64,000 nucleotides of DNA from Girardia tigrina (taxonomy: Eukaryota), in assembly GCA_001938485.1 (NCBI GenBank), contig MQRK01225287.1, positions 1 through 64,000 of the forward strand, given 5' to 3'. The translations under genes and the position numbers were made by a program. Each line of letters starts with the position of its first letter. The stretch's first letter is position 1. The notes below the pieces were generated by a model. The model saw only the letters and a list, made by a program, of their open reading frames with translations, was not told the origin of the DNA and made no database searches. Of this stretch, positions 26,950 to 41,400 are shown in pieces.

Positions 26950-28729
26950 TACAAATTTTTACGTTAATTTTACAATTTTTACGCACATTTTTTTTACGCT
27001 AAATGGAAAATACAATAAAAAACTATAAAAAACATTTATTGATAAAAATAATATTTTTTATTCATTGTTCATTTCTTGTCTTCTTTTTGTATATTTCCAA
27101 TTCGCCTTATTACGAATGATTTGAGGTCTTCCTTTTTTTGCCTTCTGTTATCGGTTCAATAACAAGATTCAATTACTTTTTCAAGTACCGGACATGCTGA
27201 CACTTTTTAAGTTTTACAAAAGTTAAAAAAGATGCTATGGGCCGTTTGCGGAGCGGACGCGCGCCCGCGTATCGACCGTTGGACATTGTTGGACACCATA
27301 CATCGTATATGGACACTAATTCCGAGCGAGTAAACACAAAAAATACCTGAAATTCAGATTTTAAAGTTCATTTATGTTTTTAGCATCACAAAGAGTCGAA
27401 TTTTTCTATCGACAAATTTATTTTCACAAGCCGAAAAACTATAGATTTGATATTGATGGGCTGATTTAGTGTTTTGATAATAATCAAGATATATGTCAGT
27501 TAGTTCACAATTGTTTTTTTCATAAAATAAAGTACAGACTTAGGTTTCTTAGTTGCGTAATTTTGTAGAATATCATTAGTAGTGTCAATAAACTTAAGCA
27601 TATGTATTGTTCTTCCCTTTAAATACACCGTTTTTATTACGTTATTAAAAGATTCCAATGCATTATTTGTCGACGGAGCAAAAATATGTGCACCCTCATA
27701 CCAATTTTATTTTTCTTTATTCTTTTATCGTTGAAAGTTTTAATAAATTCTATGCATGAAGGTATATTTGAGTATTTTTGATTAAATAGGCAGGTACCAA
27801 CTTCAAATATAAATCTGGTGAAGAAATTGCCTGTAAAAAATATATGTCATCAAAAATGGCGTTTGTATAGTCATCCAATTTTGAAATTTCTGTCTTTAAC
27901 AGTTTACTTACATGAAAAAAAAACAGTACAGCTTTATCAAATCAAATGAGGTTAAAATTTCAAATTGTTTCCCTAGATCAAATGTAAGTTTTGGGTTTCA
28001 CAGCAGCTTAAAATAAAGTTGTAGTATTTTCGACAACTTATGTTTCTTTTTCTGTTAAGGTCAATTAAATTGGTTTCGTGATGTTTAAAGCATATATTTC
28101 TTTGATATCTTCAACAAATTGATTTTTAACCGCTAGAGAGTCATCGAATATACATTCATGTCCATCTTCAAAATTATATTGTATTACAACTGAGCAGGAT
28201 AGACTAACAATCTTCCTCATTTTCTTGGTACATCCAGCATTTTGGTAACAATAAGTATATGTCGTCGTCACCTTGTTATACTTTTTATCTCTCTGAATCG
28301 TTTTTATTACGTTATTAAAAGATTCCAATGCATTATTTGTCGACGGAGCAAAAATATGTGCACCCTCATACCAATTTTTATTTATATTTTTATTTATATT
28401 TATATTCGCCTTTCATCATTATAACCAACTCCTTCATATGATTTCCATTGGTTTACCGTTCATTTCTTAATTTCTTTCGTATTATTTTAGTTATCCATTT
28501 ATAGATAAATTTTAATCAATTTTTAATATTGGAAATAAATTTTAAAAACTAATTAATAAAAACAAAATGTCACCGATTTAAAATATATTATCTATAAATT
28601 TTTATTATTTTAGAAAATGTGAAAGAAAGTTGAACTATATTTAGCGTAAAAAATTGTAAAAATATGTGCGTAAAAATTGTAAAATTAGCGTAAATTTTGT
28701 AAAATTAACGTATAAATTGTAGTACGCCC
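26950..28729 (-). mobile_element. Mutator-like (MULE) element with degenerate transposase
   Basis: Long AT-rich TIRs (26950-27004 versus 28639-28729, right end GTAGTACGCCC; the left tip is eroded). Minus strand shows an N-terminal Zn-finger-like YCYQNAGCTKKMR...GHEC, the catalytic-Glu motif WYEGAHIFAPSTNNALESFNNVIK, a SWIM-like KKCQHV and KKGRP. Confidence 0.8.
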
Positions 28730-30529
28730 GATTAAAAATTAATCGACTACAAATTTTATTTTTTAAAATAAATTATTACCCGAAAATTAAGAGTAAAATC
28801 AAAACTAATTCATGGGCTAGTTTAAGCAATTTAAAAATATTGTATCATAAATTTTTGCTCAGTTTAAATAATCTAAAAATTAATGTTTAAAACCTTTTAA
28901 GTATAAATTTCACAAAAATTGGAAATTAATAAAATAACAATATGTACTATATTATACAGTTTTAAATTAAAATTTAAAAATATATATATCTATTTATATG
29001 TGGAAATGTAGAAACTGGTTCTTGCGAAAAATGTTCACTTTCACTGTTTGTTTTATGTTCACTTTATTTTTTAATTGTCTTGTAGTTTTATTTGCGAACC
29101 CTTCAACTTCTACTTCATAAATTTCTTCGTCTAATGGTCTTGGCTGAGTTCTTTCCAATAATGACGAAAAATAACTCGAATTATATTTTTTTGATGACAA
29201 ATTTCGATACCGTAAAACGAATTAGCGACGAGTACCGAGGTTTATATATTTGTCGGAAAACATTTTTAATTGATACATTTAACCAAAATATATTTTATAA
29301 AAGATTATAATTTTTAAAATATATTTCTTATATAAAGGCTTCTGGAAACTTTTGTAACGCTCTGATAATTTAACAAGAATATAGTAATTTAAAATATAAA
29401 TTTGATCAATAAACAAAACATTTTCATTTATTAGAAAACAAATTTTTGGATTATATTTCTTCGAAATTTTGTTATAAAAAGAGTTTGGTGTACGTATTAT
29501 ATTATAGTTTCAAAGAAATGTATTTTCGAAAAATTCCTTTTAATATTTAATGTATTTTTAATTAATGAATTTGACGTCTTCTGTTCTTTTTAGTCCTTTT
29601 TTCAAAATCATTAAATAATGGAAAAAAAATTTATTCTATGTCGAGTTGTCAGTTCTTCACTTTTCTAAATCAAAACAAATACAAATTTGTATTATGAATA
29701 CATTAACAAAAATATATAAAAAATATATATTAATAATTGTTTTATCATTTAATTTAATTTCTTATTTTATTTTCTTGATTTGCTATTTTTGTACTAATTA
29801 AATATGATTATCAGAATTATTTCGAAGCACAATTATTAATAAAACAACTTTTAATAGATATACAAATGATATTTTAATGTTTAACAAATGGTCCTTGAAT
29901 ATTCATTTACGTCAAACGAATTACAAATATAATATTTTTAATGGTAAATATTTTATCATCAGTGTCTTTATATTTCGTAAATTTGTAAAGAAGTGACGCT
30001 TTGAATTTGTAAGGTATCATATATTCCGGTATGCAACCCGCATCTAATGTACAGATTTACGCAAATTTTAACTGAAATATTTAAATAAATCAATAATTTG
30101 TTAGACAAATAACTCTAATATTTCTAAAATTTATTTTTTACACAAACGTTTTGAATTGGTCCCTAAAATACATGTATATGATAATTATAATCTTAATAAT
30201 AATAATAATGTAATTTTTATAATATATGAATAGCTAGTGTTTTTAAAATAAGAAAACTATTATAAATGCTTCTAAAGATTTTATTATTGGATTTTTTTGT
30301 GAAATTTTCGACATTTTAATTCTTTTTGACGAAAATTTCTTTTATTATTTTCTTATCTTCTTTTTTATTTAATTTCTATAAATGGTATCATGAGAGTTTT
30401 TATAATTAAGACATATTATGAAAAGAAATATTTTATTTTGGTGCAACGCCCTTCCAAAAAAATATTTTAACATTCAATCATCAATTATGAAAACGATTAA
30501 TAATTTAATCGGAAAGTCGAATAGACTGA

Positions 30530-31180
30530 ATCAGTTTTTTAGCATGTATAAAGAATAGACCACCATCAAGGTGTGATAAATCATTGATCAGCCGCTTACT
30601 ACCTCAAGTTGTTGACTAGTTTATTAATTACCTAAACTCTCTTGTTATTGTCTTATGATCCATTATCAAAGCGAGAATCTATAAAATGGAGAAAATCTTG
30701 CAATGTTCCTTCTCGAAAAGCCATTCACTAAGTCAGTTAAGCAGATCATACCGAATATATTTTAGGATTTCAAGAAACTTTTTTTAATATCCTACAAGGA
30801 GATAAACAAGACGATAAATGAGGAGTACTATGCTGGTCTTCTCCACTGCTTGCATGCTTCCATCTTTAAGAAAAGACAATTGAAAACTGGTGTTCATCTT
30901 CTCCAAGATATTTCATACAACCAACCAAGAGGGCTGTGAATGAATGCGGGTTTGAAAATATTTGTAGAAAAAATCATTTACCCTGCAGCCTACACTCTTG
31001 ACCTCCAGCGATTACTACCTATTCTCCAAACTGAAATCTAACTTAAGAGGGAGAAAATTTAACAACAGTGATAAGATTAAAGCTGCTGTTGAAGCCCATG
31101 ATGATAATAAAGGACCATGCGATTATTGAGAGGACTAGAGTATTGTATTCTGAAACAACTGACGATACCGTAATGGTGAA
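30530..31180 (+). mobile_element. mariner transposase remnant
   Basis: GVHLLQD..., AYTLDL-PSDYYLFSKLKSNLRGRKF (the YSPDLAPSDY motif, with a frameshift). Confidence 0.75.
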
Positions 31181-31797
31181 ATATGTTTTGTTGTAAAATA
31201 AAAAATTATTAAAATGGCGTATTTATTAATATATATTTATTTGTCCCATTAGTATTGTTTTTGGATTTCGTATTATTGTTAGTGCTTTTGTTAATTAATT
31301 TATTAATAACCAACGAGTCTAATTGCGATGATTACAGAAATTAATTGTTTAATGTCCTCAGGTGTTTCTCTGACTAATTATTTTTATGATATTTAGTTAT
31401 TTATTATATTTTTAATCTTTAAAGGAAAAGTAAAAGTGAATCTGAGGTTGTCGTGTTTCATTAAAAAAAAATCAAAACATGTTTTCTTTTATTTTTTTTA
31501 AATTAAAAAGATAATTGGTTTCCAAATTAAGGATATCATTTTCTGATATACAATTTAATCCTCAAAATTTTGAAAGAGAGAAATTGGATCTTTCCCATCT
31601 TCTATAACAGATTTTAATTCCAAGAATCCAAATTGTTGATCTTGTGTTAGATTATGTTAATTTTCTTTTGAATCATTTATTTATTCTTCTACGCTTATTG
31701 TGAAAAAAAGGTTGTAGTTTACTTCCATAATCTGAGTTAATTATTTTTGTAATAAATAAAAACACAAAACCCTTACATTTGGTCTTCTGTTGTATAG

Positions 31798-32082
31798 CAG
31801 GTATTCTCAACCACCGGACCACAGACCGGTGTTATTCCAAAAAGAGAAAAAATATAATACTTTTTTTATCATTGATGCACCATAGTTTGGAGTAAGCTCT
31901 AAAACATACACTTTCGTCGGCTAACATACAACATGTTGTCTTTTAAGTAGAGGTATACTCAGAATATCACAGAAATCAATTGAATAATTATTCATATATT
32001 CAATATAATTGTAATAACTACTCCTTGAGAATATTTTATATCCAAATACCAGTCCGTTTACAAAAAAGGTTTAGTAACACTG
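31798..32082. mobile_element. hAT (Charlie/Buster-like) MITE, 285 bp
   Basis: Ends CAGGTATTCTCAACC...GGTTTAGTAACACTG; 8-bp TSD TTGTATAG/TGGTATAG with central TA. Confidence 0.75.
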
Positions 32083-33925
32083 TGGTATAGGTTGTATTAA
32101 TTTTTTATTTAAAAATGACTTAACCAAATTAGAATATCAGCTTCAGTAGTTTATATTTATTTTTTAAGTATTTATAAATTACAATTTTTTAAGTGATTAT
32201 TTTTTGAACGTTGTAAAAAGGGCGAGCGAAAGTAAGTCAATTAATAAAGAATATTTAGGCAAACTTGTTGTTTATCAAACAAATTTTTGATTCTAAATTT
32301 GAATTATTTAAAAATTTAAATTGAAAATAAAAAATATATTTGTCTATTATTTAAATTTAGTTTTCAATTTTTACTATATTTTTTCTCATTAATTGATAAA
32401 AATTTATTTTTAATTAAGGAAGCAAATTATATTTTAATTAATCGTTCGTAAATTTTAATGGAAAGGTTTTCTGATTTTCAATATATTTTATTGATTTTCT
32501 CATTTTGTACTTTGAAAAAATATGTGGAAAAATGTTATTTAATAAAATTGATGATTAAATAAAAATAAATGTAAATTTCAAATTTATTTAATACTTAATT
32601 TAATTAAAATTACCTTTTAATATAAAAAAAATTTCGATATTTATTATTTAGATAATTGATGAAAAATATTAAAATATAAATGTTATTAAAATTTTATATT
32701 TTTTTAATTTTTAGTATGAATGTTTCGAGCATAATAAAATATATATAAATCGTTATTTTACTTGGAGAATTGTTTGGTAAATCTATAATTTCTGAATTTG
32801 ATCTTCCTGGAAATTCAATCTGAGATAATTTATCTGATAACCTTCTCAAACTCTACATTTTATATGTTAAAATTTAGAAATTATTCTTTTTGCATTTATT
32901 ACACTTTTTATCGAAGTTGACAAAAACATCAACATTTCCAACACAAAATTTGTTTAGATTTAAGTTCAATTGAAATGAATGTGATCAAAAAGTAATGTAA
33001 AAGAACAGTGAATGTAATATAATCGTTATTTTTAGGAACCTCCATATAAAATACACAAGCTTCGATCGTAATTAAACTTCTCCGGATGGTTTGATCATTG
33101 AAATAACATTATTATTTAAATAAAGCAGTGAAATAATTACGTTTACTCTCACCTATCTATCAAATTGTTGCTGTTTCGCCAACAATCATGGGGCCTCGAC
33201 TTGAAGTAATTAGTGAGCCATCTTTCATATAAAACATATCGCTTTCATTAAGTTTGTGCTTTTTAACAACTTTATCACCTTTATCCATTGAACTACCAGA
33301 ATTAAATGTCTATTTTGATTTCTTTGTTGAACAATTTATCCTTCCAATTGCAAAAATATCTTATATCTAATGGTTCATGTCGTAGTTCAAACTTACGTTC
33401 TGAATGATACAAAGTACATCTAACCACCAAATAATATTATAATACATAGTAATAATAACTTATAATGATGTAACTAGTAAATATTTTTGAGGATAAGCAT
33501 TTGAAAAAGGGAAAATTTTGAGCTAGTAGGTACTTTTATTTATAATAATATTAATAAATAATCATATTCACAGTTTTGGTATTGTTGGAATTCTATTTAA
33601 AATTATTTTAGCGTTGAGAATATCGATAGTTGTGGATAAAATCATCGACCGACCATCCATGATTTTTGTTCAAACGGCGTTAAGACTTTTAACCATAGTA
33701 CTGTCGAAGTGCTCGATTGCACATTCGTTTGATTCATGCTCAATAGAGCGCTTGTAAGCGAAATGAAAAAATAAAATCAAAAATCAACTCTTCTATAACC
33801 AAGAAAATAAAAATTTTTTCTTGACCGATACTTGAAAAAGATTTTGATAGCATAAGACAATCCATGAAAACTGACCAAACTTCTACTTTCAATATTTTAA
33901 AGATCAAATTTTTGTGGAAGAGAAT

Positions 33926-34353
33926 TATGAAGAACACTAATTGGATTTTTAATACATTTATTTGTATCACAATTTGAATCGCTACTAGGACAATGCTCCT
34001 TAAAAACTTTCGTAGCTAGTTATCGTTCATGATAGGTAAATTTAATTCTATTTCTAAATGTATTATTATTTAAACAAATTTAAATTACAATTTATTTGCA
34101 ATTCAATTTCAAAATAATTTGTAATATAAATTACAAAATTAATTTTAATTATTTAAAAAAAATATTTTAGGTATATTATTTGTGATATATTAATTTAATT
34201 TTAAACATGGTTATTTAAATTTTAAAATTGAATAAATAATTCGACGTTTTAAAAACTTAAAATATCAATCTTCCATCTGCTTGGAAGAAACACAATCCTA
34301 AAACAACATACCAAACAACATATAATAAATAAAATTATAAAAATTAATTCACA
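33926..34353 (-). mobile_element. TGT..ATA solo-LTR-like family, subfamily C
   Basis: Ends read TATGAAGAAC...AATTCACA on the + strand; TSD AGAAT/AGAAT. Confidence 0.75.
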
Positions 34354-36310
34354 AGAATAATTATAATAACCAAGATTATGTATCTTAAGAGCCTTACCAT
34401 ATTTTTCCAAACATTTACTACTGTTACAAGTTGCAATTGTCTTTTCAAACGATTTCATAAACACTTTATGACCTTATCATCTCTCTTAATATATAATTTT
34501 TATATTCTTTTTACGTTAGATAAAAAAGATAATTATTTATTAAATTTAAATATCAAAAAAACGTGTTAGTTTAAATTTCTTTTTTTTATAAATATGGCTT
34601 TCTTTTAGAATGTCAATTTACTTAAAATTTAAACTTAGATTAAATTACTTTAAAATAATAAGAATGAACATAGTAATCCTTCACCAGGATAAGAGAGGTG
34701 CCATTTAACAAAAACACACTACTAGGACACATAAAAAACAACATACGAAAATCTTCAACCCAATGGGCACTTATAAAAACCCTGTATCTTAATATGATCA
34801 TGGAGTCTAAGTTTCCAATGGATCGGTCTCACTGTTTGGTCATAGTTTATCATTTACATAGAATTGTGGTAACTATTCAACTACATTGCTTTATCTATTA
34901 GTTTAATAAATTATTGTAGGTAATTTTAGATTTTTGTAAACTTTGATATAAATAAAGGAAAATATTTTGTAGTTATTATTATTTTTTTGCGATAAAATAA
35001 ATGTAATATAAATAATTATTCATAGCTGATATAAATATCATTTAGTTATATAAAGAATGTGAAAATAAATTGATTGAATAGTTGCAATCTGGTCCTTAAC
35101 AACATGTTGTTATCTGCCGAACTCTCAAATTATATAACATTCGTATTTTATTTATATTTATATATATTTTTATTTTTCAATTTACTGAAGTAATGAAAAT
35201 AATTTTCATTGAAAATTGATTTGATTAGTGACGAAAAGGTTCAAAATGTGCTTTGAATAACTTTAACTAATCATTATAGACGTTTTTTTCAAATTAGATC
35301 ATTAAGTTCATTCACTTAGTAAACTACCTATACATTTTTATACGGTCGGTTTATGTCTTAATCTTTTATTATTAATTGACTTTGTCACAGGTAAAATTTC
35401 AGAAATGAGTTTATGGGACGTAAAGAAAGGCATATTATATGCATAATATAGACATTTTTTCAAAAAGATATATTCGGAAAACGAAACAAAATATTGGAAA
35501 AATTAAGATTTACTGAAATTGAGGTAGGAGAAAATAAGTAGAATATTTAAATCGTGATGTTTAAAAAATGATATAGATTTTACTTTACAATGTGTATATT
35601 CTGACGTTAAAATCAATTATTTTTTGAACAACTTGGAAAGAACGAAGGAATTCAATCATTTCTTCTATCTTTACTACAATTTATTTAATCTTAACTTTTT
35701 TCTTTAAATTATTTTTTTGCAATGCATTTTTAATGTATTGCAAAGTGGTGAAAAACCTTTAATTTATTATTTACGTAGACATATCTCATCCTTTATGGGA
35801 GAAATATTTTGTGAGAACTTTTGTAAAAATAATTTTATACTCTCCCATCCATAAGTTAAATTATGAGAGATATTCGTGTTGATAAAATATATTATTATTA
35901 AATTAACCAAACAAAGTTTTATAAAAAAGTAAAATTAAAACAGACTTTTATTTTCTGTTCTCCTCTTGATGGACTTTAATTTTTTTTGGTAAAATTCTTT
36001 GATAAAAAAATGAAAAATTTACGTTAATAAAATTATTAAATAAAAGGATTTTAATAATCACAAATATTGCTATGATTTATTCTGATTTATTTAAGAAGAT
36101 TATCACAACCTTGTAATTAATAAAGTTTACAAATTCTTAATGGGTTAAAATAAACTTTATGTCAATATTATTAGATTTGTAAATATTTGATTTAATAATT
36201 ATTAATTATGGTTCTTTTATTATTTATTTTAAAACGTGTTTGAGAAATAATTATATTATTGGACTTATAATATAATACAAAATTTTACATTTGTCATATT
36301 ACATTATTAA

Positions 36311-36660
36311 TGTAATATGACATGAAACTGCGTAAGGATGTGTGAATTATTATTATTATGGTTGCTAATTATTATTGAGATTATTATTTATAAACATATT
36401 ATTATCATTATTAGATGTATGTGGAAAGTATGCATGACTATGAAGTATGAGATTGAGTAACAGTTGATTGAGAGTTTGATGATATAATGTATGCATGTAA
36501 TAGTATGCGGTGTCAATCATGTAGTGCTAACCCAGCAGATCTCCCTATTCCAGTTATGCAACCGGATCGAGGTGTGCTTGTATATAAGATATGTCAATTG
36601 AATGATTAGTTCAGTCTTGTGTTGTTAATATATTTTAGGAAATCATCCTGTCTCTTAACA
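36311..36660 (+). mobile_element. Possible solo LTR of a different family
   Basis: TGTAAT start, TATATAAG box, TTCAGTCTT initiator-like site, ends TTAACA; no matching TSD was found. Confidence 0.3.
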
Positions 36661-36990
36661 TACTGGATTGGGAAGAAGTTTAAGATCATATATTTTGAAA
36701 CTTAATAAACATTCCATTGATTGTCTTCTACAATGTACTCAAGACAGTTATGATACAGATTGTATAGTTTATATATGCATAAAGATTTTGTTCAATGTTT
36801 CAGATCATAGATTGATCATTAGAAGATGCTTCTTATTGATAAAATCTTTAGTTGATACTTGAACAGATCATAATAATAAAATAAAGGTCACAAAATCGCA
36901 ATGAATATAAGATCAAAATTTAATCAACTCACAATTTATCTTAATTATTTATTAATAATAAGTCTTCAGATATCATTTAAAATATATTAT

Positions 36991-37492
36991 TGTGAGGCAT
37001 ATCTTAAATTGTTTAAATGCGTGAATGTATTGATGATGTATGTTGATTTAAGTATGGTGATATTAGAATTGCGATTCTCCCACCCGGATGGAAATTGGTA
37101 TTTTTTATTTAAATTTAAAGTGATTAACTATTCGAACATAATTAAAACAATCATTTGATAAGTTCATATTTTTAATTTAACAATTAAAATTAAGTTTAAT
37201 ATTTTTTAGTAAAATTGAAATTAAATGTATTTTTAATAATTTGATAACATTTTTATTATTTGGAATTTTATTGAGAAATGGTTAAAATTATTATTTTTAA
37301 TTAATATTTTTTAGAAGTTAAATATTTTAAAAAAGGGCTTAGAAAAATTGTTCGAATAAACATGATTAAAAATAGAAATAAGAAAACCAATTAGAACGAT
37401 GACAAACGATGAAAGACCTTCTGAGAGTCGTAATGATTCTAAATGTGATTGCAATAAAAATTCAAACGACACTTGTCTAAATGTTCTTAATA
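36991..37492 (+). mobile_element. TGT..ATA solo-LTR-like family, subfamily A (longest copy, 502 bp)
   Basis: TGTGAGG...GTTCTTAATA; perfect TSD ATTAT/ATTAT. Confidence 0.85.
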
Positions 37493-38479
37493 ATTATGTC
37501 TGGTTTAATACACTTTTTAATCTACATGAAGTATAAAACTATCAAATATTACTTTTTTATTCCATCTTATTAAAATGTTTTTTTTAATTAATTAATTTAA
37601 AAATTATTTTTAATGTTAATCATAAAAATGTTTTTAAAATGCTTGATTTATTTAATGTTTTTATTTTATAAATATTAAACATATAATACATATTTTATGG
37701 TAAAATTTCTAAGTAATAAATTACTGTATCACGTATTTAATAACAACCTTGTAAAAATTAATTATTTCATTACAAATTTTTCTTTAAAAAATGATGTTAT
37801 TGATAATAGTTATTTAAAAATAAAAAATAATTTTTTTAATAATTATTTCTTTGTATATAAATTTTATTGTTGAATTTTAAAGAATAATTTTCACTTAACA
37901 CATTTTTCAATGACATTTTATATAATTAAGATTTTACGGAAAGCTCTACATTTTGACTAACTTTTTTCAATAAGTAAAACTGGTAGATTTACTGGGGTAT
38001 CTAACTAATGGAATTATTTACAAATAATTATTCATTTAAGATTTATATATACTTAAATCCATTACATGTATAACACGATCTAAGTTTATACCGAAAGGTC
38101 TAAGGTATATTACTAAACGTACAACTTATCGCTTAAGATTCAAATGATTTCTAAATTCATCGTTTTTTTGGGTTCTAAATGAGAGTAAATCACATAAACT
38201 GGAAAGATTTCACTCAATCACTGCAGATCTGAATTAATAAAGGGAAAAAATTGGTAAAGTATAAATTGTAAAAAGAAAATAGAAGAAAATGATTTTCCAT
38301 TTCTATGTAATCGATTTAAAAATTATTGGGATAGAGTAACGTAATGTCTAATTAATACGGTCCATTTGGATAAGTAAGTTCCGATTATTATTTGCAGCAA
38401 AGGGAAAATCAGCGCTAAGAAATAAAAAGGCAATAAAACAGAATCTTAAATGATATAATAGTAATAGTAATTCATTTTA

Positions 38480-40250
38480 TTTAATAGTTAAAATGTTTTA
38501 CAAAACAATAAGCTTTCCTGACTCTGACGGATAACTGTGATAACTACGAAACTCAGCATTGCCGCAAAAAGTAGCGAATCATAGACTCGGTATCACGTGA
38601 AAATCTTAAAATATGCAAGAGCTTCCAATCCTCTTACATAAATTTGGATGCAAGATTGCAAGCCTTCAGTGAACGAGCACGTTTTGCTTTCCCTCTAAAA
38701 GGATCAATCATGATACCTTGTACCATGGTTTTGAAGGGCCTTGACTGTATACGCACATTTAGTGCAATAAAGAAAGGACATTCGAATATCCTTCTATCCG
38801 TTATATTATCCAGCTGAAAAGCCAAAACAATGTTCGGCATCACTCCTTGATGGCTCTCGTCTGCAGTTTCTAAAGATACTGGCCCATAAATATTTTCGAT
38901 CGGATTCAAAGTATTTATACGTCTTTCGTTAGATGTTTTGTACATTTACGGCATTATTAGTTTCATTAACATTTATTCGATGATCAACTAACATACGCCT
39001 CTACAACTACCCTTTAGCTTTATAACTTTTGTGGCAGTTCTCTATGGAACATGCATATAAGAACTTCTACCCTTCAGTCACTGAGGAACCATTTCCATAT
39101 GTATATTCTTTATATTTCTTCTTAATTACTTCCACAGCGAGTTCTCTATATCAGGAATGGAATGTACCGCTTACTCTTTTGATACGCGATTAAATCATTT
39201 TTGGATATTGATTTCCTTGTTCAATAGTCTGTCAGCCTTTAAGCAGTTGTTTGAATTCCTCGTCGTTCTCAAAGACCCTTCACCATTTTTCTATTTATAA
39301 TTCACCTTTTCTACACTCTTTTCTCTTATTGTGCTAATAGAATACAATACGTCGCTTTGCTAGAATCACTCTTGTCTGAGTCAAACCAATCGACAGTTCC
39401 TTATTTTGGATTCAATCAAGCTTTATTTTTTAAAGTCCACTACTGTTATGGAAAGCTTATAACCGTGCAACGTTCTTCTGAGACGTTGTCCGGCATTCGC
39501 TTCCATAATAGGCTATAGGGAAAATGCTCAATTTGATAATTCCATATCAGAAAATCATTCTAGATCGAGGTCACAGGTGTACAAAGCGTTTATACCTTAG
39601 TCTCAGGATTCCCCAGTAAGCGGAGTTCCAAATAAGTGATCGCTTTCTTTTTAAAACACTACTGCGTTTAAACTATGTTCAATCTAATCACTGAGATTAA
39701 TCGTTCTTTCCAATTTCCATCTATTGATGTTATTTTAAATCTTATTCTACGAATCGCCCAATCTTTTTAGATTCTCTTGGGTAGGGTGCAATACCCATTA
39801 GCCTCCTTTAGTTATTTTTTATGTTAATGGAAAGACATAACTCAGTTTTATGAATATTCAGCCAGTTCTCTTTCAGTAGTATTTTTGTAGTAATTTGTTA
39901 ATTACTTTTTCGGTACCTTTCCATCCACATCATGATTCTCTAATTTTTTTCTAGAGCTGGGCCGTCAAAATTTTCTCGATCTTTAATACCAAAGTCTTTT
40001 TGAATAATCAGTATTTGTATTTATTAAAACATAAAGCCAAGCAATCTTGATGAGTGCCACAATCATAAAGATGTTAACAGTGAAAATCTTTATTCCATAT
40101 CATGTTTTTCGTATTCAAAAAGAAATAATCCAGCAGTTCCCTATTCTTCGTTAAAGGGTGACTTTGAAGAATGAGTTCACTCATTTCATACCATTTTCTT
40201 CAGTTAGCGATACTAATCTTTACCTATTGTCAATAATTGTCAAAAAATAT
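38480..40250 (-). mobile_element. Decayed Ty3/gypsy pol remnant (RNase H to integrase)
   Basis: The 38634-38945 ORF (KTSNERRINTL...VMPNIVLAF...ECPFFIAL) fits the integrase tail SNG..ER...TL, LP.V..A.N, SPF. RELLD-like RNase H traces occur near 40130. Confidence 0.5.
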
Positions 40251-40822
40251 GTGGATACGATATACACAATTTATTAAACATCAAACATTACGCATCACAT
40301 TTGACCATATGTTTCTTCCATTTTTTGTCATTCAATTAGTACAATTTTTTTAACCAAAAAATGATAAAAGTAAAAATTATTAACAAATCTGATAGGTTAT
40401 GATAGAAAAAAGAAGTGTTTTTTTCCATTAATTACAATTATGTTTTATTAATTAAATATGTAATATGAACAAATTGTGAAAACCCTGTGCCAAGTGAAAA
40501 AGAAATGGATTAACAAATCAAGTGATTCATTAAATTTAAAATGTTATTTAATAAAATCGAAAAACTAGTGAAAGGTAGATACAAAATGCCTTTCAGAACC
40601 ACCTATAATGTTAGCAAGACAACCGGACAGACATTTCAGAAGCAGGGGTTAAAAATATAATTAACAAAACAAATCCAGGCTTATGATACGTGTGATGTAC
40701 TACTTACAAAAAACCACATTTTTTATTAAATAGCAGATTGATTCGGTATGTTTAAATAATGTTTGCGTAAAATTATATCTTCACTTCGGTATATTAACAT
40801 TATTGATCATGTAATATATTAT

Positions 40823-40826
<4 letters not shown>

Positions 40827-40880
<54 letters not shown>
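40827..40880. repeat. (TA)n microsatellite
   Basis: Directly visible. Confidence 0.95.
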
Positions 40881-40882
<2 letters not shown>

Positions 40883-40899
40883 TTACAAAACTATTATAC

Positions 40900-41400
40900 C
40901 TTGTGTCTGACTATAACACTGGCTAATCCACTAAATTACATTAAAAAGTAAATTATACAAATGGAATACACAATGTCTATAAAAAACTGGGTGCAGACGT
41001 TGATTAAAGTCGGTATTAATATTTCCTTTAAAGCATTTGAAATTTAATGTTCAGATTATATTTCTGTTGTTACATCAACAGTTGTCAAGATCATTAATAG
41101 TATCCATTGTTCTTTGTGATACATTTCTGCCAGTGACTATACAGAATTGTTTAATACAATAAAACTTGACTAAGAGTCCTACGAACGGAACTATTGAAGT
41201 GTTTACTAGAAACAAGTGCTGATGATAGTCACTATGTTTATGATAGATATTCCAGGGGACAGATAAAAACCTGTTGTAGCAAGTAACTACAGAAAGGCAG
41301 TCATGTCGGTAATTTGTTGCTTAAAAGAGTGGCTTGCTTGAATTTATGTTAATATTAGTTTCAACGGTTATTTAAAGATTGTTCCAAATAGGTGAAACTG
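40900..41400 (+). mobile_element. RTE-like LINE 3' coding remnant
   Basis: KAFEI*C.. and IFQG...RQ traces resemble the RTE C-terminal AFEMWxYRR and G.I.G.R..GRQ motifs. Confidence 0.35.

Noticed and set aside
28994-29200. ORF with EEIYEVE as a chromodomain exon
   Set aside because: TTG start, an upstream in-frame stop, no following chromodomain aromatic residues, and no clear splice sites.
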